Assembly: GCA_964016885.1 (NCBI GenBank)
Contig: OZ024743.1
Coordinates: 257,300,001 to 257,364,000, forward strand
Origin: Eledone cirrhosa
Lineage: Eukaryota
Length of the DNA stretch: 64,000 bases
Reading direction: 5' to 3'
Position 1 is the first letter of the stretch, and each line of letters starts with the position of its first letter. The notes beneath the pieces were generated by a model. That model had not been told where the DNA came from. It did no database searches and saw only the letters and a list, made by a program, of their open reading frames with translations. This document shows, in pieces, positions 55,955-64,000 of this stretch. Both the position numbers and the translations under genes were made by a program.

Positions 55955-57030
55955 TCATTATTGTTTTAACATCCGTTATTGTTTTAACATCCATTTTTCC
56001 ATGCTCAAATCAGTTGAATCGGTCCTTTTCAGCACACCATCTTTCCATTCAACGCATCTCTTTATCATCTTGTCTGTGAGTCTCAGTGATTTGAGATCAG
56101 CCCAGGCTTCTGTCGAGGCTTCTTTGGTCTACCTCTATTGTAGCTTCCTACCCCTTCTTCACTCAGCAATCATCATCTATGCGCATTACATTCCTGTACC
56201 AATGCAGTCTTCTCTCTTGCACACAACTTTGCAATCCTCTTAAACCCAATTACTCCCTCAGTTCATCCAAGCTCTGCCTTTCTTTCACATTAACACTGCA
56301 CATCCATCAAAGTATTGTAGCCTCATTTTTCTCCAGCCTACCTATGTCCTCTACAGTCACTGCCCAAGATTTGCTACCAATACACAGCCAGTCTTAAACT
56401 CTTTTTATTGGAGAACCATGATTAACAGAAATAGAATGAGAACCAAATCCTGATAAACACATACCTGTACCTTGAATTCCTCCCTAAATTCACTTCCTAC
56501 TCTCACTTTATTTACATCTCCTTTGTACATGGCTTGCACTACTCTCACAAGCCACTCTTGACAACAAAAGGTTTCTCACTGCATAAAAAAAAGACAAATG
56601 TATAATGCCTGTGTGTGAAGTGTGATGCTGCATGGTAGTGAAACAGAAGCTGTGACAGAAAAGGATAGGCATGGACTGGAAATAAGCAGCGATGTTTTGT
56701 TGGATGGGCAATATAAATATGAGAAAATAAGCAGAGCTTGGGGTAGATGTGGGATAGGCTGAGTTTAAGAGGAATCCAACATAGTGTGCTAGAGAGAAGA
56801 CCACATCAGTATGGACATGTGATGCACATGGATGATGATCGCTGAAATGCCAGGAAATTCCCGTGGAAGGAAGCTGCAGTAAAGGTAAACCAAGAAAGAC
56901 CTGGACAGATGTGGTGAAAGCTGACCTTAAAATGCTAAGACTCACATAGGAGATGATGCAAGAATGCAGTGAATGGAAAGATGCTTCACTTGAAAGGACT
57001 CATCCGATCCATGCAAGCATGGAAAAACTA
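55955..57030. mobile_element. Old RTE fragments in both orientations
   Basis: Decayed MLHGSET, GKPRKTW and ccatgcaagcatggaaaa tail motifs. Confidence 0.7.
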
Positions 57031-57039
57031 TCATATGGT

Positions 57040-57480
57040 CAAATATGAATACTCTTGTCCAAGGAACATGAAGTCACACCCCCGGCATAAACAACAGAGC
57101 CCTAAAGTATATGGATGTTCTCGTAAACACCTGAGTCATGTCCACTGGATCAATAATGCAACACCCCAGCAATAATATATGAAGCTGAGGTTTCTCTATT
57201 AAATCAACACTGCCAAAACGAATCATTGGTATGTGAGAGAGTTGGTTTAAAAATCGCTTCCTTAATCACCAAACAACCTTCAGATATCTAAATAAAAGAA
57301 TCACAAAAACAAAATTTGGCAAATAAAATAGGGTACCTCACAAACAAGAACACTGAGTTCTCCATCAAATTGAAGAAACTAGAAAAATATTGATGACATA
57401 TATAAATGAGTTCAAGACCTGCAGATTATGCAATGATGAGTAATGATGGATATTGAATAATTTCCACAACAATAACAAAC
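57040..57480 (+). pseudogene. Decayed PLE GIY-YIG remnant
   Basis: CPLDQ*CNTPAIIYEAEV..WFKNRFLNHQTTFRY, matching the 63502-64000 element. Confidence 0.7.
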
Positions 57481-57774
57481 CACTTATCACACATACATAG
57501 TTCTTGCAATGTTCTCACATTTCTAAATACCTTTTAAAGAACTGGCCTCCTTAGTATTGATTTATATCTTAATTAATCTATCGATCTTTCTTTCTAGCCC
57601 CCTCATAATTATTAATTAATTTAGCGCTTGTTTGTGTCTTTTCAATCAAATTGTCCTTCTTAGTCCATCCAGAATATCTGTCTTTCATTGGGCTCTTCTT
57701 TGTTCTTTATTTTCCTTTTTGAGTAAACATTTTCCAGTTCATTTTCATCGGCACAGGTTAAACAAGTTGGTACT

Positions 57775-58917
57775 CAGGGTTAACAAAATATGTCCCAAAT
57801 GCAAGCTATGAGTACATAAAAGATGTAAAGTGATCACAGACAGGCTATAAAAGAACGTACGTTTTATATGCAGCCAATGCACAGGTGTAGTAAGTAGCAA
57901 AGGCTCACAGGATACAAGCTCCTTCAAATGCCCAGACAGTTCTATAGAAATAGTCAACAGTTTCCGTTACCTGGATAACAAAATCAGCAGTGAAAGAAGG
58001 TGTTCCGAAAGTACAATAGCCAGAGTAAAACAGGGTGGAAAAAGTTTAGGGAGCTACTATCGCTGTTAGTTACAAAAAATGTTCCCCTTGAAATGAAGAG
58101 CAAATTGTACAATGCATATATACGTAGAGCAATGTTACATGGTAGTGAGACCTAGGTACTGTGTGCAGAGGACCTGTGAAGATTGGAAAGACATGAAGCC
58201 TTCATGCTCTGAATGATGTATAATAGTAATATACATGAACAGCAAAGTGTAAATGAACTAGGAGAGAAATTAAGTATAAGAGGAATCAGATGGAATATGC
58301 TAGAGAGGAGATTGCATTCGTGTGGTCATGTGATGCATGTGAAGGATGGCAGCTGTATAAAAATGTGCAAGGTGATCAAAGTTGATGGAAGCTATGGCGG
58401 AGGAAGACCTGGGATGAGGTGATAAAAGCTGACCATGCGCAATTGCACTGCTCAAATACACTGACACATGATTGATATCTTTGGGGTCATGTAGTAATAC
58501 AGAAGACATGCATTCCCATGCACATGGACTCAAAATTACATCTAGTAGGTACCTCTTAACCATTATACCCCCTTCCAAACACATCCCAACACTCACCCAC
58601 CCACTTCTGTCGACATTGTAAAGTTACACTGGTATCACAACAAAATAGCATCCAGCCCACATTGTAAAGTGGTCATGTAAGTGTCACAAAAAAAGCACCC
58701 AGCCCACATAGTAAAGTTGTCATGTAGATGTCACGACAAAAAGCACCCAGTACACACTCTTAATGCGCTTGGTGTTAGGAAGGGCATCTAACCATAGAAA
58801 GCTACCCAGAAATAGTTCTATATGAACAAGACAAGGTCAACTGATCCGATTTGCCTCTAATGGGACAACTCATCTAACCTAAGCTAGCGTGGAAAGTGGA
58901 CGTTAAATGATGATAAT
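57775..58917 (+). mobile_element. Decayed RTE family 1-like 3' fragment
   Basis: CPKCKL*VHKRC, FRYLD, MLHGSET*, 3' UTR with aggaagggcatc and gtggaaagtggacgttaaatgatg. Confidence 0.85.
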
Positions 58918-59068
58918 ATATATGTGTATATATATATATATATGTATATATATATGCATATATATATGTATATATATATGCATATATATATGTATATATA
59001 GATGCATATATATATGTATATAGATGCATATATATATATGTATATATATATGTATATATAAATGTGTA

Positions 59069-59397
59069 TCATCATCATTATCATCATCATTTTACGTCCG
59101 CTTTTCCCTGCCTGCAAGGGTAGGGCGGGAAATGATTCTGGCTTGATTTCTACAGCTGGATGCCCTTCCTAACACCAACCTGTTTGCTTTTTTTTCCATG
59201 GCGCCTACACGTACACTTTACAGTGGAATGATAGGGACCCCAGTCTCTATCATCTCATTCCTACAGCTGAGTAAACTGGAGCAATTCGAAATAAAGTTAT
59301 CTTGCTCAAGGAAACAACATATCACCTGGTCCGAAAATTGAACTCACAACCTTTCGATTGCAAGCCGAATGCTCTAACCACTAAGCCATGTGCCTCC
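59069..59397 (-). mobile_element. SINE family B copy
   Basis: Reverse complement of 52417-52812 with internal deletions. Confidence 0.85.
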
Positions 59398-60358
59398 ATC
59401 ATGTACGTATATATAAATGTATATATATATGCATATGTATACACACAAGTAATGAGTAATAGCCTTTCTTCAAACAATGGAAGGATTGCTGGGCTGTGTG
59501 AAGACACAAGGAGCCTACTTCAAAGAAGATTAGTGATTAAACCACACTAAGTATGTATTTTTTTTCCCAGCCTAAGGTTGAATACTTCTTCGACGGACCT
59601 CCCATATGTGTGTCTGTGCATACGTGTGTGTTTATGTATGTATTATATATTATCTGTATTATACATCACACACACTCATATGTTTGTATGTATATAGATG
59701 TATATATACATACATAAATATGCATATGTGCATATTCATACACACTGACACACACACACACATACACACATATTTATTATATATATATATATAAGAAGAG
59801 AGATTGAAACATAAGCAAAATAATGGAAAAAATAATCAGATTTTACGAAAAACAATAAAGCAAAGGAAAAAAATACTAAAAAAGGGAATGGTTTGATATG
59901 AAGCTACTCTCTTAGAAATAATACAACAGGAGGGATAGTGGGAGTAGGTAAAGTAACTAAAGATATTACTACTTTCTCTCTGGAAAATTAGTTTTGTAAA
60001 TTATATTACGATATTGAAGTATGAAATTGCTAAACATTCCCAAATAGAAATTTTCACAAAACAAAAATAATAATTAAAAAATATACAATAAATGTAGGAA
60101 TAAATGAGGAAAAAAGAAATAAAATACATACTTTAGCATACCATAAGGATATAGAATAATTTGGAGATAAGTGGGGGAATTATATTTCTTTAGATAATAT
60201 TTTATCAAAGACTTTCCCCTCTCATGATGTTTGTAAAAACAAAGACACACAAAATACACATACATATATATATATATATACATACACACACACACACAAA
60301 TATATATATACACATATATGTGTATCTATATATATATATATGTGTATATGTATATGTG

Positions 60359-60441
<83 letters not shown>

Positions 60442-60442
60442 A

Positions 60443-60480
<38 letters not shown>

Positions 60481-61154
60481 TATATAAGCTTTTTTTAAGT
60501 CTTGGCAGATTACAGCCATAGTTTACTGAAGAATTTGATTTGGAAAATGATAATAACTGAGGTAAGGTGTAACAATGTTAGATGTAAATATTATTAGTTC
60601 TTTATGCCCCTCCTTCCTCCATAGGTGTTTCTAGAATTGATAAATGTGATAAACGTAGACAATTGTGTGAACATAATTTGATCAAATGTATCTATTTGTG
60701 GGTGATCAGCTCTACTAATGCTCTTTGGAAGTAGAAGCAGTGAATGGTTAGATGTACGTATAGTATATTTAATAATATACTGTATGTTTACTTTAAAACA
60801 TTTGGAAGGCCATTCGCTATGAATTTTAAAGTAGTGACTAACTCAAAATGGTTAGATATTAATGTGTTTTTATTCTTTTTGCTACCCCGCCTGCTTTTAC
60901 TCAATGTAAATCTTTCTGTGTGTCTTAGTTATTGTTTGTCTATGTATTTCGTCTTTGTACTGTCCTCGAATCTTGGGTTCTTCATCATCATCATAGTTTA
61001 ATGTATATTTTTCATGTCAGCATAGATTAGACAGGTTGCCATATCTTGGGTTAGACAAATCACGTGACGGTGTCTTGCTCATATATTCTGTTTTTGGCTT
61101 TGTCAAAAAATGTGATCAAGCTTTAACTTTCATGTAAATATGAATATATATATA

Positions 61155-61910
61155 TATTTATTTATTGAAATAACAGATTAAAGTTTCAGCAAAGAATTGC
61201 TGCTTTCGCCCTTAATGGGATCTTCTGAAACTAAAATAAATAAATCTATGGACGCAGAAGTAAATATTTCGAAAAAGTTGCAACCAAAGGAAAACAGGAA
61301 GACGATACTTTGGTTCGTGTGGACGTTCCCTGGCAATGAACAGAAAGAAAGCGAAGATAATACATTGTTATGTGGAGCGGAGAACAATTTCACGCAAAGA
61401 CACAAAAACAAAACCACGTTTATGGTATAAATGGAATCATTAGATTAATATTCTATTTAGAAAACCGAATGATTCTCAGCTCCGGAGTTTAAGAATAATT
61501 GTTTCTACTTTTGCCACAAGGCCAGCAATTACCCAGTGCATTACTGGTACTTTATTATATCGACCCCGGAAGGATGAAAGGCAAAGTTAACCTCGGCGAA
61601 GCATAATGTTAATAAATTTGTTCTCAACGCTCCACATAACAACATATTATCTTTGCTTTTTTTCCGTTCATTGCCAGCGAACATCCTCACGAACCAAAGT
61701 ATCATCTTCCTCTTTTCTTTCGGGTGCAACGTTTTTCGAAATATTTACTTCTGCGTACACAGATTGATTTTTTTTAGTTTCAGAAGATCCCGTTAAGGAT
61801 GAAAGCAGCGATTCTTTGCTTAGACTTTAATCTGTTATTTTAATAAATATTTTCTCTACGGTTTCATATATTTTTATATATACATTATTCTTATCGAGCC
61901 CTCTTCGGAT

Positions 61911-61915
<5 letters not shown>
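61155..61915. repeat. Inverted pair of CAGAAGA-family pLTRs around a SINE A fragment (61495-61599)
   Basis: 61155-61385 pairs with 61620-61850. Confidence 0.8.
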
Positions 61916-61980
<65 letters not shown>

Positions 61981-61981
<1 letters not shown>

Positions 61982-62440
61982 AGAAAGTATGACTCCGACG
62001 GCAGAGCTCAAGCCGGTTCGACGGTTATTTCTGGACTAGAGTAAGAGTTTTTTAGTCTGGTAAATAAATAGCCGAATTTTTCAAGGGGTACTTCCTTATA
62101 TGGGAAGATTGTAGTTGTCAAGAGGATTGGTCAAAATGTGTAGCAGACAGAGAAAGATGCCGTGTAGATTTCACTTTCTACGCTTGACCGGCTCTACCCA
62201 CTCCCCTATCGTTCTACAGGCAAGTTCAGCCATCCCCACTCCACAACCACTGCCATGATAGACTATTCTGTGTCTGCTACAAACTTTGACCAATCCACTT
62301 GACAACTACAATCTTCCCACATAAGGAGGTTCCCCTTAAAAAGTTCGGCTATTTATTTACCAAACTAAATCAACTCTTACTTTAGTCCAGAAATAGCCGT
62401 CGAAACGGCTTGAGCTCTGCCGTCGGGGTCATACTTTCTC
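61981..62440. repeat. Fold-back element with ~170-bp imperfect arms (MITE or inverted pLTR pair)
   Basis: 61981-62152 pairs with 62266-62440. Confidence 0.8.
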
Positions 62441-62596
62441 ATATTACCCACTCTACTACTCTAAGTATTGAGTACTCTGGTGCATTATGGTCCATCTGGT
62501 TCCTTACCACAACTCCTTCGTTATATATATATATATATATAATTCAAGAAAGAAGAGTGACATGGTTGGCTATACAATAAGGGCTTTATTCACATG

Positions 62597-62703
62597 GCTG
62601 ACAATTGTTTCTTTGATCTGGTAGGTCTAGAGTTCGCTAATCGCTTGATGTTGCGTCAATCGATCTCCAATACTTTGTTTATAACCAGTCGTTTCATCAG
62701 AGC
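62597..62703 (-). ncRNA. Type I HHR with 82-nt stem II in a solo pLTR-like fragment
   Basis: GCT-CTGATGA-A acGACTGGT..ATCGATTGA cgcaaca TCAAGCGAT..ACCAGATC aaA-GAAA-CAATTGT-C-AGC, followed by AATAAA. Confidence 0.75.
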
Positions 62704-62805
62704 GTGCGTAAGTGAGGAAAATACTCAAGGCATGGCTTTTATAGAGGAGTGGTGTTAGACCAGAACAATAATATCAATAATAAAATAACTAGATACTGAA
62801 TATCG

Positions 62806-62838
<33 letters not shown>

Positions 62839-63149
62839 AAGTTTGTCCTTCATCAGTGGTCTTCCAACCGTCCTAGGCATTTCATCGCTTTAAAGACCAT
62901 ATACCTCAGGTTGGTGCGAGCAACGGCTAACAAAAGTCGTTGGGACACGTAAATAAAGGGGACGGTAGGGTAAACAAACAAAATGGTTTAAGCAACAGAA
63001 AGTGATGAAGAAAGAGACAAGTCCCAGATTTCTATGAATATAAATTCGGTGAAATTGTGAACGAGAGAATAAAGACCATCAAACCTGGTTGAAATGTGAG
63101 CAAGGAAGGAATTTCGCACAGGTCTAACGGGAGGAAGAATATATATCTA

Positions 63150-63182
<33 letters not shown>

Positions 63183-63199
63183 GATATTCAGTATCTAGT

Positions 63200-63251
<52 letters not shown>

Positions 63252-63255
<4 letters not shown>

Positions 63256-64000
63256 GTGGTTACACAACAGTTAGTTCACCATACGGAGAACAATTGTTTC
63301 ACTTTAGCCTATCCTCAGCTCCTAATGGGCATAATTATACGGTACAGGAAGGACAACCGTATAAACGCGCATGCGCAGAAACGCGTCACTTCACACAGGC
63401 AATACTAAAATGCGTGCGAGAGGTGTAAGGGAGATAACTGCGAAAGTCCGAAAAGTTTTTAGTTGATAAGAAAAAATATTGATGTTGTTACAATAATTCA
63501 TTCAATCCGGAGGTTTGTAGTTATGCAATAGGTGTTTCGAGACGTGTGGACGACGTGTGAAAAATTCATTTCTCGTGTTTAGGCAATCACTATTGCATAA
63601 TCTCTTTAGAATATTTATTCGTTCGTCAATACACAGTCCACACGACGGATTTCCCCTTGCGTATGGCTTGGACTTAGTGATGGCTTTCCATTGAATGGAG
63701 TAGTCTATACTTGAGTCCTTGAGGGACCATACGTGACTCGCGAGTTTCGTGGATGAACGTCTGTCCGGGTACCTAAAGTTCGACTGATGGTTCAGGAAAC
63801 GTTCCTTAAATCAGCCCTCCGCCTAGCCCACGTGGGATTTGACCTCTTGTGGTTGGTTTGATCGGTTGGAAGTGACCACAGCTTCATAAATTACAGCTGG
63901 TGTGTTGCATTGCTGTTGAAGGGGGCAAGCTTCGGGCTTACGGCAAGAGCACCCTGGTGGAGTGTTGCTCCTAGGGCTCCTGGTGATTCCTGTTCCGTAT
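63252..64000 (-). mobile_element. PLE 3' end (GIY-YIG pseudogene plus short pLTR), runs off the window
   Basis: 63502-64000 minus: GCSCRKPEACPLQQQCNTPAVIYEA..SHVG*AEG*FKERFLNH..CGLCIDE..CLNTRNE..KPPD*. Not in the ORF track. Confidence 0.88.
63286..63321 (-). ncRNA. Minimal type I HHR motif
   Basis: GAG-CTGAGGA-taggctaaagt-GAAA-CAATTGT-T-CTC. Stem II is weak. Confidence 0.55.

Overview
AT-rich, microsatellite-saturated ((TA)n, (CA)n, (ATT)n, (ATG)n) eukaryotic DNA. No host protein-coding gene can be supported. The SINE/LINE repertoire looks cephalopod (octopus-like); this is inference. The window is a mosaic of transposable elements: (i) at least seven Penelope-like element (PLE) relics, including a near-complete RT + GIY-YIG element at 16.2-21.4 kb with an inverted pseudo-LTR (pLTR) and partial-tandem layout; (ii) a 5'-truncated L1/Tx1 LINE; (iii) many RTE-clade LINE fragments and CR1-like remnants; (iv) tRNA-derived SINEs; (v) small DNA-transposon derivatives (hAT, piggyBac-like, CACTA-like). 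The main hidden signal is RNA structure. About 25 hammerhead-ribozyme (HHR) or HHR-like motifs were found by eye in pLTR-type sequence. Three unrelated families carry an atypical type I HHR with a minimal, often palindromic stem III, a 60-85 nt extended stem II and a purine-purine mismatch at the stem II base. A 615-bp tandem array (49.0-50.5 kb) has a degenerate version of the same fold at its unit boundary and starts just downstream of it (retrozyme-like). It is nested in a non-coding, HHR-tipped inverted element. All folds and coordinates were derived by eye and need computational and biochemical confirmation.
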